Source: Octopus bimaculoides (lineage: Eukaryota). Taken from it: a stretch of DNA of 64,000 nt. The notes below the pieces were generated by a model. It was not told the DNA's origin and did not search any database. It saw nothing but the letters and a program-made list of their open reading frames with translations. The DNA lies in assembly GCF_001194135.2 (NCBI RefSeq), contig NC_068984.1, positions 9,124,431-9,188,430 of the forward strand. The letters run 5' to 3'. Of the stretch, positions 25,836-38,621 are shown piece after piece; position 1 is the stretch's first letter; every line of letters begins with the position of its first letter. The translations under genes were made by a program, and so were the position numbers.

Positions 25836-26974
25836 AGGGAGAGTGATAGCTGGAACGCCATTTATCCTAGGTTTCTTCGATCAAGGTTAAATCGAGGTTT
25901 ATCTACCACAGCAACAAAGCAAAGAGCTCGGCCTTTGTGATTTAAGTTTAAAACAGAAAGAGAGAATACTAAATTCTGTTCGACTGAGCACAGTAAATAT
26001 TTTAGAATTCATTTAACGATTTTTAGTTTCTTTGAAGAATTTGGGTTAAACCCATAGAGGCAACAGCCATATTTGCAGAATGCTTTTGAAGTGTGTGCAT
26101 GTGTAAGTGACTACTGAGTGTGTGAATATGCAGATACGGGTATTTATAAGAGTACGTATGGTGTATATTGTTAGCACCTATGAACATTGACATGGTTCTT
26201 GCATTAGAAAAAAAGGAAGAGAAAAACTCTCTTGAGATTTCTGATATTGATGCGTACTAACTAGGTCAGTTTTTGTTACGCATAAGGAAATTACTCTTTC
26301 TTAATAGTTATATATTTGCCTGCTCACAAATGTTTTCTGTGAGTGAATGTGTGTGTATGTGTGTGTGTATTTCTATGTGTTTGTGTGTGCGTATCCGATT
26401 CAGATCGATGAAATGTATAACAAATGTGTTCCGCCATTTTAACTGCTTACACATGGAAGTTTCATAATAGCTACATTGCCAGCGCATTCGTGCATTGTTC
26501 TGCATTCTGGTCGATAGCACGTGAATCTCTCGCTTACTATCCTCTGCTTTGTACCTATGACTCATCATAAAGGATGAAAATGATAGCAAGAAATATCGTG
26601 TTGGGAACAGAGGAAATACGTATAAAAATGAACTTGCCTGAAGAAACTTTGTAGTCGAGAGAAAAAGAAATTGTGAGAGATTTTGTGATAAAGTCGATTT
26701 GTGTTTGTCTGAAGTTTTATTATTCAGTGTATGTCTTCCATTTTTGAAGAAAGTGGTGTGTGATTTGAAAGAGATTTAGTTGTTATTTTTAGCAGATTCA
26801 CAGGTTATAATGAATGTCAGTGCAGGTATGTCGTAGTGTGGTTAGAGACTACAGAAAACAAAATGGACAGATTGATTAAGGAAGTGAGAATAGACAATGA
26901 ATGAGATTTGTTATCGAGAAGATAGTTGGAGGGGGTAGTGAGGGAAGACAAGGTAAATAAGAAGCATATATGGA

Positions 26975-27013
<39 letters not shown>

Positions 27014-27181
27014 CAGGGATAGGGAGAGAAAGGAAGAAGGCAATGGGAAAAAGGAGAACAGTTGGAGAACAATATCGATTATGGATGTTTTACCAATAGA
27101 CAAACACTAAATCGTTTATTACACTTCAGTTTCATTGTAAATATAATTTTACATGAAACACACACACACACACGTGTACAC

Positions 27182-27265
<84 letters not shown>

Positions 27266-27588
27266 NNNNNNNNNNNNNNNNNNNNNNNNNNNNNNNNNNN
27301 NNNNNNNNNNNNNNNNNNNNNNNNNNNNNNNNNNNNNNNNNNNNNNNNNNNNNNNNNNNNNNNNNNTATATATATATATATATATATTTATACATACATA
27401 CATGTATTTATATAAATATATACGTATATTTGTATGTGTGTGTATGTGTGTATATGTGTACGTGTATGTATACATATGTGTATTTACATGGGGGAGTATA
27501 GAGAAGAGTGTAAGGTCAAATAGGACTATTATTATTAATAACATAAAAGATGGATTCCTTGACTTAATCAAACTATCTTCTCTCCAAG

Positions 27589-27760
27589 GAATGTAGAACA
27601 GCTGCGTATTGGCAATAGGGACCAACTTCAAACTAGAAGACAAGATAGTGTCATAGAGCAGGAATTATCCAGAAATGAAGTTCCATCCAGTAACTCAGTC
27701 TTCGATTATGAGGAAGCAACAAAACAGTTGCGGACATGTTTCGTCTCTGTTGTTCAGATA
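27589..27760 (+). CDS. Candidate exon (NVEQLRIGNRDQLQTRRQDSVIEQELSRNEVPSSNSVFDYEEATKQLRT...), 3' end unresolved
   Basis: Good acceptor ATCTTCTCTCCAAG|G; frame open 27563-27844; possible donor CCA|GTAACT at 27690. No recognised homology. Confidence 0.3.
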
Positions 27761-27825
27761 CATACCAATAGCAATTCTTTTCGTTTGTGCAGATTTATTA
27801 CGCAAAATATTTGTCCTATTAAGCT

Positions 27826-28285
27826 AGCGAGGTGGCAGAATCGTTAGCATGTTGGACGAAATGCTTAGCAATATTTCGTTTTCCGTTCGAATTCTGCCGA
27901 GATCGACTTTGCCTTTCATCCTTTCGGAGTTGATAAATTAAGTACCAGTTACGTACTAGTGTCGATCTAATTGACTGGCCCCTTCCACAAAAATTTCGGG
28001 CCTTGTGCCTAGACTAGAAAAGAGAAGAATACATTTGTCCAAATAGGGCGGCGAGCTGGCAGAATCGTTAGCCCGTCGGGCGAAATGCTTAGCAGTATTT
28101 CGTCTGCCGGTATTTCGTTCTGAATTCAAATTCCACCGAGGTCGACTTTGCCTTTCATCCTTTCGGGATCAATTAAATAGGTAAGGTACCACTTATGCAC
28201 TGGGGCCGATGTAATCGACTAAATCCCTTTGTCTGTCCTTGTTTATCCCGTCTATATCTAGCCCCCTGTCGGCAATAAAGATATA
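27826..28285 (+). mobile_element. Two tandem SINE A copies (27826-28025 tail 1; 28047-28285 tail 2)
   Basis: GGCGGCGAGCTGGCAGAATCGTTAGC heads; GTCGACTTTGCCTTTCATCCTTTCGG bodies; two different tails. Confidence 0.9.
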
Positions 28286-29629
28286 AATATATTTGTTCTA
28301 ATTTTCTGGTATATATATATATATACACGTGTGTGTGTGTGTGTGTGTTTTCCATCTGCTAGAGACATGTTAGCACAACCGCTGTGCTTTTGGGGCCATT
28401 TGAGGCAGAAACATGTCTAGCTGTCCTCTTGTCTCTAAATAATCAGTCTTTTCATTTATAGCATCTCAATTTTGGAGAACCATTTCAATTCAGTTTCAAC
28501 TGACCCCAAACGTTTGTTCCTCCTTTTCTGGAAACAGGGATAATTTCAGTAAATTCAGAATCTATATTTTATCCGATTTATTATACGCTTATTTTTCTTT
28601 ATTGTTCAAATCCATGTCACTGACCACTTTGAGGTATTTCCCATTGTTCATTTTCTTTTTTTTTTTAGCAGTGGCATTAAAGGTGATGGGTGTAGGTGGT
28701 GCTGGTGGTTGTGGTAGTGTACTTAATGGTTCATTTGTTTTTGGTACAATTCTTCCATATTTGTTTTATTTTGTTTGTCAGTTTTTAAACGGGGATACAG
28801 TGTTAATAGGATGTCATCGTAAAACTGCTATGGCGGAGAGTTTGTGTATCGGAGCCTGCAACAACAAACTTACTCCTCACATCTCCCAATAAATTTTTGG
28901 TATTAGTAATTTTCAATGGTTGTGCGAATGAGGGAGACGAAGAGCACATTTTGAGCCACATTTCTCTGTTCTAATTAAATGTGATTATTTTAGCTTCCTA
29001 TACTTTATTATGGGAGAGATGGGAGATCAAGGCAGAACAAACATATTTTACGTAGAATTGATTTTTTTAATCTCAATAATAATCTTAATATTTCTTTGTA
29101 TCCCGGACGCAGTTTTTCTTTTTCTAATGTCTTCTGCATGTTTTGTGAACGTTGTGCAATTTTGCATGTGATTAATAGCAGATTTCTTTTTGTGTGTGTA
29201 ATATGGTGTGATTGTTAAACGAGATGATTGGTCGTAAATGAGGTTTCTTGGTCTTACTGGTAAGGATGGAGCGATTGTGACCTTGTCTGGTTATCCTGAA
29301 TATTTTGAAAGAATTTGTACGGGTTTGTTTAAGGAGTGGTGAGATTTGTCTATGATATCCTCTACGCACTAGACCTGTGTGTATATTTCGGGGATTAAAG
29401 GAAAGTCTAATATATACAAGTTACAAAGAATGTGGGAAAATATTGTGATACTCAGTTCGAAAACGTGTTAGATTCTGCCGGATGTCGTATATAAGTGCAG
29501 ACAGGACTTAGCCGTCGAAATCTTTGCAGATATCCATGACACATCTAGGATATTGTTGATGACGTCAAATATTTTCGTTTGGGGTTTATGACTAAAGCAC
29601 AATATGACCGTTACTTATTTCAGTAATAA

Positions 29630-29779
29630 CACTTTTACTCTTTTACTTGTTTCAGTCATTTGACTGCAGCCATGCTGGAGCACCGCCTTTATAGTCAAGC
29701 AAATCGATCCCAGAGCTTATTCTTTGTAATAAGCATCGGTTGTCAAGCGATGCTGGGGAGACAAACAGACACACAAACT

Positions 29780-29830
<51 letters not shown>

Positions 29831-30297
29831 TTATATTTATATATTTATATATTTATATATTTGATCCTTTATATTGAACACTCAATATTTCATCTACATT
29901 CAATACTTTATTTCATGGTGCCATCCATTTTTATTTTATTTTATATTATATATTGTATATTATATTATATATTGTATATTCCATATTCTATACCCCACAT
30001 TAGTTCTGCAGGAATATAAATAAAACATAAAAAACAGACAGTGTTGGAACTCTTTTAAGCAAAATAATATACTCCTCTATACACAATCATACAAAAAAAT
30101 CCACCTTTTTTTGTATTTATTTTTACTCGCATATATATATATACATATACGACGGGCTTCTTCCAGTTTCCGTCTACCAAATCCACTCACAAGGCTTTGC
30201 TCGGCCCGAGATATTTGTCCAAAGTGCCACGCAGTGGGACTGAGCTCGGAACCATGTGGCTGGTATGCAAGCTACTTACCACAGATCCACTCCTTCG
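29630..30297 (-). mobile_element. SINE B with an expanded internal (CA)n/AT-rich spacer (head 30140-30297, tail 29630-29775)
   Basis: Head and tail in the same orientation flanking low-complexity DNA, as in 13425-13810. Confidence 0.7.
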
Positions 30298-30579
30298 CCT
30301 TAAAAAATTATTGATTATTTTCATACGTATGTGATATTTTATAAAATAGTCGTTTATAGTTCTGATGGCTGATTTTCAAAATATATTTGATGTATTATCG
30401 TGGTATTGCGTATATTGCTCAAAGCTTTTATCGTTGTATATCTTGCGGGTTATCGCCATGGTTACAGATATTATTAATTCTAATTATTTTCTATAGATTT
30501 CCACTGCTGTATGTTCGATACAAATGAATATTTCTCCAACTTCTTTGTTATTTCTTTTTCCTTTAGTATTTCTTTTTCT

Positions 30580-30785
30580 TGCTTCAGTCATTAGACTGCG
30601 GCCATGCTGGGGCACCGCCTGAAAGAATTTTCAATCGAATGAATCGACCCCAGTACTCATAATTTTTGTCCTGGTACTTATTCTATCGGACGCTTTTGCC
30701 GTTGTGCTAGGTTATAAGAATATAAACACACCAACACCGGTTGTCAAGCGATGGTAGGGACAATCACAGACACAAAGACACACAA
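30580..30785 (-). mobile_element. SINE B 3' tail
   Basis: CTTCAGTCATTAGACTGCGGCCATGCTGGGGCACCGCC...CACACCAACACCGGTTGTCAAGCGATGG. Confidence 0.85.
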
Positions 30786-30883
30786 AGATATATTCGTTTA
30801 TCTTTTTATATGTTTATATATGTTTCAACCCTAATGTTGTGGCTACGCTGGGGCACCGACAGTGTATATATATATATATATAT

Positions 30884-30964
<81 letters not shown>

Positions 30965-31143
30965 CAGAGTTTGAAGTGATGTACAGATATTGTGTATTTA
31001 GAATAATAAGGTAGTCAGAATGTTGGATGATATATATTTCTATTTACATTTTATTTACAATTTTATCGTTTCCTTTCTTTATCGGATTTATCAAAAAGTG
31101 GCTTAAATTTAGATTTATTGGCCTTTCTATATATGAAAAATTA

Positions 31144-31191
<48 letters not shown>

Positions 31192-31616
31192 CATACATAC
31201 AGACATATATACATATATATTCATATACATACACACATACATACATACATGCATGCATACATATATATANNNNNNNNNNNNNNNNNNNNNNNNNNNNNNN
31301 NNNNNNNNNNNNNNNNNNNNNNNNNNNNNNNNNNNNNNNNNNNNNNNNNNNNNNNNNNNNNNNNNNNNNNNNNNNNNNNNNNNNNNNNNNNNNNNNNNNN
31401 NNNNNNNNNNNNNNNNNNNNNNNNNNNNNNNNNNNNNNNNNNNNNNNNNNNNNNNNNNNNNNNNNNNNNNNNNNNNNNNNNNNNNNNNNNNNNNNNNNNN
31501 NNNNNNNNNNNNNNNNNNNNNNNNNNNNNNNNNNNNNNNNNNNNNNNNNNNNNNNNNNNNNNNNNNNNNNNNNNNNNNNNNNNNNNNNNNNNNNNNNNNN
31601 NNNNNTATATATATAT

Positions 31617-31652
<36 letters not shown>

Positions 31653-31689
31653 TGGTTGTCTACTCCTTATGCAGAATTCAGACCCATTT

Positions 31690-32330
31690 GTTTCATCATG
31701 GTGTTTGATGTGGCTTTTTAAACCAGACAATGTCTTAAAGAGACACCCATATATATCGCATATCTGATTTGTGCCACCACGATCTGTAGTTAAGTTCTGA
31801 TCTTTGTAGATATTAAAATATATTTTGAGGACACCGTTAGAATTGCTGACGTTATAGCATACATGTCATTGAAAGGTGTGCACAGATATATAGGCAGAAT
31901 AGTTGGTGGAGGTTCGTTTTTCATGGCTACGCAAATGAGATTTGAACTCAGCAAAAGAAAGGCATGATTTGTCACAAATTGTGCACACAAAAAGGTTATT
32001 GTGATTCACCTTCTCAATCACAACATTCTTCTTTAAATCTCTCTTGAGTCTTCCATACATTATCCTGACCTCTTCAAAGGCTTTCACTCCACTCCACACT
32101 TTTGTTCGCTATCCAGCTCGATCCGAAGCAAGGGTTTCTATGTCTCCTGGGTCCATGCCAAGTGACTTCATGGTAGTCTTTATGCCCTCCGGAATGATAT
32201 TTGATCTCTTTACAGAGCGTCTGTGTATCGGTTTGGTGTCTAGAACGAGAAAGCTTACCTGGTTTTGGCAACTATCATGGCACACTGGCGAAAGTCTTAT
32301 TGGGCCTATAGGTGGGGTGTAATTCAGTGC
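31690..32330 (-). mobile_element. RTE-type LINE ORF2 3' end (decayed) with three C2H2-like fingers
   Basis: One frame with two in-frame stops: ...IKTTMKSLGMDPGDIETLASDRAG*RTKVWSGVKAFEE...FVCTICDKSCLSFAEFKSHLRSH...FQ*HVCYNVSNSNGVLKIYFNIY...ICDIYGCLFKTLSGLKSHIKHH. LA.DR..WR is typical of RTE C-termini. Confidence 0.75.
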
Positions 32331-32469
32331 AAGCTACAGTCACTGAACATTATTCATCTGCACCACAGGTACTTCTTGTATACCAAATCTTAGTATATAT
32401 ATATATATATATATATCACGATATTTATATATGTATGTTACAGTATTTTCATATATATATCACGGTATT

Positions 32470-33130
32470 TTAATACATCTATGATAGCCATTTTTTTAAC
32501 ACTACAGAGTCTACTCAAAGCCTTACATTTTACTTTTAAAAACCACAAGTATGAAGTGATCTGAGATGGTGGCCAGAAGACAGTTGTCGTGAAATTTCTA
32601 TGCAGTTATAGTGGTTAGGTGCATAGAACGGCGCATAACGTCTGGGAAAATGATGTTGTCTTCGTCTCGGTGAGGTCTATGGGTGAGTTTATATGGCATA
32701 TTTAAGAAGCGGCGGCTGATTGTTTGCGATATTGTTGCGTCACCTCTTGTATTACCTGCGCTGTTTTGTACCAGTATGCGGTATAGGTATTTGTGCTTCC
32801 GTCAATACGTGAGCTGAATTCTTGTATTGATTAAGTGAACTTGATGGGAAGTTTGCTTCATTTCATAGTTTGTTCGTTTTTTTTTTTTTGTGGGGAAGGG
32901 TATGATTTTTCTGAGACTGTTTTCGTACTTTAAATTAAAGGACGAACGCTTTGTATCTATGCTTCCCTCAAGCTATGTATGTCATGAGGACTTCTCTTAT
33001 GTAAATCTCTTCTACCTCATCAATATACAATTTCGAGTTTATGCTTGAGTTATAATTTTTTTATTTCTTGAACAACAACAATGTGAATGTCATACTTTCT
33101 GACGTTTGTTATTTCCATAAAGACGTTTAT
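32470..33130 (-). mobile_element. Possible AP-endonuclease relic, perhaps of the same RTE element
   Basis: Fragments RKYDIHIVVVQEIK and YKLTHRPHRD...ISDHFILVVFKSKM resemble APE motifs (DI..LQE, SDH); heavily degraded. Confidence 0.35.
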
Positions 33131-33140
33131 ATTACAGTGT

Positions 33141-33293
33141 GTTTAAATTTCTGTGCATTTCCTTTTTTTCGTTTCTGTGCATTTCGTTTAAATTTCTGTC
33201 CATTTCGTTTTTTCGTTTCTGTGCATTTCGTTTAAATTTCTGTGCATTTCGTTTAAATTTCTGTGCATTTCGTTTAAATTTCTGTGCATTTCG
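33141..33293. repeat. 21-23-bp minisatellite, about 7 units, two variants
   Basis: Units GTTTAAATTTCTGTGCATTTC and GTTTTTTCGTTTCTGTGCATTTC. Confidence 0.93.
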
Positions 33294-34419
33294 TATGTTG
33301 TATATATTCGTTGTTTCTGTGTACTTTTATGTATGAGGCGTCCATGTTTACGTTTCCAGTTTAAATTTACTGCAGGACTATGACTGTAAGAAGAGAGATA
33401 TTTACGACACAACCAGATTTCCTTGTGAGTTTTTAAGAGTTTATACGAGATTTTCATGGTTTTTGTTGTCTGTTTAAGTACGTCAGTCTGTGGTGGGTTG
33501 TATTAGCCTTCAGAATATTTTGTTTCATGTTTGGTGCTGAGGAGTGTTATTCGTGTTGTTTTTCATGTTACGTATGGTACCGCATGCCTACTCTTACTAC
33601 ACAAACCTGTGACGAATTGCTATCATCTCACTAAAACTACAACAGAAAAGAGGATCGGTCTGTCTTCTTTTTGCAGATATATCTAAGACTATGGTAACCG
33701 ATATATTTAATCCATTTTAAAATTGTGTGATAAATTTGAGAATCATTGCCTGCCATTTGTAAAATTGCAAAACTATATTTGCATAGACAATTTATCTCAG
33801 AAAGTAACCGTTTGCGGGTGAGGTAGAAAAGAAAGGCCTGAGTTCATCTTGATATGTTTGTACTACATTATTGAAACATAAATCTAGAAAATAATTCTTT
33901 TGGTTGGTAAATGTGGAAATTACAGCACTTCTGTGTTATAGAAAATTTTGAGACACGCACTTACTTAGACTTGAACGTGTATATATGTGTGTGTGTATGT
34001 ATGTATATATATGTATATATATATATATATGTGTGTGTGTGTCCATATATATGTGTATATATATNNNNNNNNNNNNNNNNNNNNNNNNNNNNNNNNNNNN
34101 NNNNNNNNNNNNNNNNNNNNNNNNNNNNNNNNNNNNNNNNNNNNNNNNNNNNNNNNNNNNNNNNNNNNNNNNNNNNNNNNNNNNNNNNNNNNNNNNNNNN
34201 NNNNNNNNNNNNNNNNNNNNNNNNNNNNNNNNNNNNNNNNNNNNNNNNNNNNNNNNNNNNNNNNNNNNNNNNNNNNNNNNNNNNNNNNNNNNNNNNNNNN
34301 NNNNNNNNNNNNNNNNNNNNNNNNNNNNNNNNNNNNNNNNNNNNNNNNNNNNNNNNNNNNNNNNNNNNNNNNNNNNNNNNNNNNNNNNNNNNNNNNNNNN
34401 NNNNNNNNNNNNNNNNNNN

Positions 34420-34457
<38 letters not shown>

Positions 34458-35362
34458 GTATACCCGTGTATATGTACTTATCTACCTTGCTATCTATGTA
34501 TGTATCTCCGTATCTATCAGTTGAGAAAATACACACACACACACATACAAACACACACACATACATAGACACACACACACATATATTCACACACATATAT
34601 ATAAATGTACGCGTGCAAGCATGTGTAACACATGTATATAAACATTGTTTAGATAGAGAAAGATTTTTATTGAAGCATACATGCATATTAATACAAACTA
34701 TTTTGTATATTGATACAAAACAACTTGCTCGACATATATACATATGAACAAATATACATGTGTGTGTGTGTGTGTGGTTGTGTGTGTGTGCATCTGTGTA
34801 TGAGTGTCTTCCTGTATTGAGTGTGCATCACGTGTGTCATAGTATGTGTGCATATGTGAGTTTTTCCCCTTGTATGAGTGTTCCTGTGATCTTAAATTTG
34901 TACATATTTGCATAATTCAAAATTGAATGGCTACACATCTTCTTGAAAGCGCAGTGATATGCATGTAATTGTAAATCTATATTTCGCAAAAAATATGTAA
35001 GAAATGAAATAATGAAAAGAACAAATCCATGTTTGATTACATCGGCTTCTCCTTCTTCTTCTCTCAATGTACTTTAAAGCAAGTCTAACCTACATCTATA
35101 GATTTCCTTACTGTAGTGTTTCAATATTCTAGTATATAGTTTTGTGAATTTTGTCATCCGTGTAAAAAAAAAAAATACAATTCTGTATCAATGAGTCGCA
35201 GAGAAAAATCGTTTCTGGAAGGGGTACTATTTATATCTGAGACACATAGCCGCAGTGTATCTGTTTACGTGAGTCTCTCTGTGTCTGCTCAAAATGCCTC
35301 TGTATCTCTCTGAATACTTATATATATATTTATATGTGTGTGTCTATGTGTGGGTGATTGTG

Positions 35363-35397
<35 letters not shown>

Positions 35398-36184
35398 GTA
35401 TGTGTGTACGTTTATATATGTGTGTGTATGTGTGTATGTATGTATATGCATATATATATATTATATATATGTATATATATATANNNNNNNNNNNNNNNNN
35501 NNNNNNNNNNNNNNNNNNNNNNNNNNNNNNNNNNNNNNNNNNNNNNNNNNNNNNNNNNNNNNNNNNNNNNNNNNNNNNNNNNNNNNNNNNNNNNNNNNNN
35601 NNNNNNNNNNNNNNNNNNNNNNNNNNNNNNNNNNNNNNNNNNNNNNNNNNNNNNNNNNNNNNNNNNNNNNNNNNNNNNNNNNNNNNNNNNNNNNNNNNNN
35701 NNNNNNNNNNNNNNNNNNNNNNNNNNNNNNNNNNNNNNNNNNNNNNNNNNNNNNNNNNNNNNNNNNNNNNNNNNNNNNNNNNNNNNNNNNNNNNNNNNNN
35801 NNNNNNNNNNNNNNNNNNNNNNNNNNNNNNNNNNNNNNNNNNNNNNNNNNNNNNNNNNNNNNNNNNNNNNNNNNNNNNNNNNNNNNNNNNNNNNNNNNNN
35901 NNNNNNNNNNNNNNNNNNNNNNNNNNNNNNNNNNNNNNNNNNNNNNNNNNNNNNNNNNNNNNNNNNNNNNNNNNNNNNNNNNNNNNNNNNNNNNNNNNNN
36001 NNNNNTATATATACATATATATATAAACATCAAAAATTTCGAGCTTCCAATAATAAAATATAGATATAATAATTTCCATTTAGTTCTGCCGTGAGCTCTA
36101 GGAGTGTTGACACCAGAGCTTAATCTGACTTCCATTGCGTTTGACTGAGATTAGTCCGTCACTGGTCTATCTTTCCAGCCATTA

Positions 36185-36270
36185 ATGGAACTCTTTTACA
36201 GCTGAGTAAACTGGAGCAAAATGAAATGAAGGCATTGCTTATATACACAACTCCGGTGAACCTGATGCCG
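36185..36270 (-). mobile_element. SINE C central fragment
   Basis: Reverse complement TTCATTTCATTTTGCTCCAGTTTACTCAGCTGTAAAAGAG matches 50890-50930. Confidence 0.6.
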
Positions 36271-37404
36271 GTTCCTAACTCGAAACCAGGACTGTTACCA
36301 TTAGTCACTGTACGTTCTCTATATTCTTCAATAGATACAGAAATATGAAAAATAATACGAATTGCATTTTGAATCATTAAGCAAATTTGACACAGAAAAA
36401 TTATATCCGACGTATATAGAGGGTGACAGGTGTGTTATGCAGCATGAAAACTTCAATAAAATATTCACTGTGGAGGACAAAAACCTCTTGTGAGATAAAA
36501 TGCAAATCTTCTACAAATAGCTATACAAAAAATACTAACTAAACAAGATTTTTTTAAGCCTTGACAAATAGAAAAACTGGCTAAAATGACAGTTACATGG
36601 AGAAATAAGAAAGTTTAGAAATTGTGAATACACAAAAAGTTATGCTTAAAGGGAGATGGAGAATAACATGGTAGGATAAGAAAAAAATACTTCCTTCAAA
36701 GATAATAGCGGAAAAAAATTAACAGGAATAAATAGAAGAAATTTTAATGGTGGATGCGAAGTACATGATATTTTTAAAGTTGTTGCTTTATGGCGAAACA
36801 GAATTAAGGTGTTTCAACGAGAAACAAATAAAAATTAGACATTCAGTGAAAAAACAAGAAGTATATATATGTTGTTGCTTCATGTACGAATATTGGTTTA
36901 GTTTTAGCTTGGTCAGCTTTCACTCAAATTAGGGAATAACAAGTGTACTGATTTCTTGATCGGAGCGAATATTGTGACTCAGCTAAGAATGTTCGAGAAT
37001 GTTTGAGACTGAGGTGGCCAAATTAAGTTGAAACACCAATGTGCGACGATCCGTTGACGACCTCTTTCGGAGCACGCTTTGAGTTTGTTCACACACAAGT
37101 TTCTTTGAGAAGTTTCTCATTCATCATATATTAAAGCTAGTGACGTTCTACTAGTGTACATACGTTATAAATGCTACACAAGCCATAATAAATTTCCTGC
37201 AGCATAATTAGAGGCTGCAGCAAAGAATTAGCTGCGTTGTTTCTGCCTGTCTAATATTAAACAAAGAGGAATAAATCTATAGGTATGAAAGAGATGGAAC
37301 TTAAATACTCTGAAATTTATACCAACAGCATTATAACATAGCAAGGGAATATACACTTGTAAAGGTGTACTTAAGATTGTCTAATTGTACGAGAAAGCGA
37401 TTGT

Positions 37405-37809
37405 ATTCTTTTCTACTCTGGGCACAAGGCCGGAAATTTTGGGGGAGAAGGCCAGTTGATTAGATCGACCCAGTATGAAACTGGTATTTAATTTATCGTT
37501 CTCGAAAGGATGAAAGGCAAAGTCGACATCGGCGGAATTTGAACTCAGAACATAAAGACAGACGAAATACCGCTAAGCATTTCGCCCGGCTTGCTAACGT
37601 TTCTTATTTCTTTATTGCTCACAAGGGGCTACACACAGAGGGGACAAACAAGGAGAGATAAAGGGATTAAGTCGATTATATCGACCGCAGTGCATAACTG
37701 GTATTTATTTAATCGACCTCGGCGGAATTTGAACTGAGAAGGTAACAGCAGATGAAATACTGGTAAGCATTTCGCCCGGCGCGCTAACGATTCTGCCAGC
37801 TCGCTGCCC
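37405..37809 (-). mobile_element. SINE A tail-2 copy (37601-37809, internally deleted) fused to the head of a tail-1 copy (37405-37604)
   Basis: Junction GCTAACGTTTCT|TATTTCTTTATTGCTCACAAGG. Confidence 0.9.
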
Positions 37810-38621
37810 TAGAGGAAGTAACTATATTGTGAGATATGCTAATGCAGTCATGTACGAAAGTCAAGTCAACTTGCCGGAAATTGCTCTCAGATATCAGTTG
37901 CAAATAAAGTGTCTCTCAGGGGCATTGCCGTTCCCAACAGTTGACAGAGGGAAAAAAAGAAAGAAATTAACACTAAAAATATTAGTGCATGACCCGTTGT
38001 TTTATGACTAATATAAGTAATATATTGTTTTATTGGAAATAAAGTTATATACTCAACAAATAATTCAGTCAGAGAGGATAAAATGATGTTGAAATAAAAA
38101 TGTTTCCTATAACAGATCAAAATAAATTTGAAACCAATATAAATAGTTCAAAATCTATATTAGCTTTTAACTGTTTATATCTCGAATATATACAACAAAC
38201 CACAAACAGTAAATTTTAGCAATCGATATCGGTATACAATGACTTTGTGAATTTTAGATTTTCATTACTGGGATGTCGGTGAAATCATCTTAGTAAAGGA
38301 AACTGGCTGACGGATCCCCAAATCTACTGAAAACAACATACAGTTTGCCGTGTATGAACACGTCTGTAGGGTTATAAAGTCGGTATTAAAGAGAGAAAAA
38401 CAACCACTAATGCGTATATTTCCTTGAGAGAATTTTAAAGAGCAGAGATTCATAATTTTCTTTACATTTTGTAATAAACTTACTTCTTGGGTGAATTTTA
38501 TTTAATTTCCAGAATGTTAACTGAGAAATATGTATGTGTGCATCTGCGTACACACAAGCACGCACATACAACTGTACGCAAGCACACACACATACACGCA
38601 CACAACACATATATACATAAA

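Noticed and set aside
28602-28892. 96-aa ORF with a GVGGAGGCG stretch
   Set aside because: Built from T-runs and a GGT-rich low-complexity patch; no homology recognised.
29172-29369. KTKKPHLRPIIS resembling the PLE RT motif PKIHK...LRPI
   Set aside because: Single short motif; flanking RT motifs not found.
32470-32800. Alternative reading as a Penelope GIY-YIG endonuclease (IDLTE, RLCSVKKMAII)
   Set aside because: Needs several frameshifts; the single-frame SDH-containing APE reading next to an RTE 3' end is more parsimonious, though also weak.
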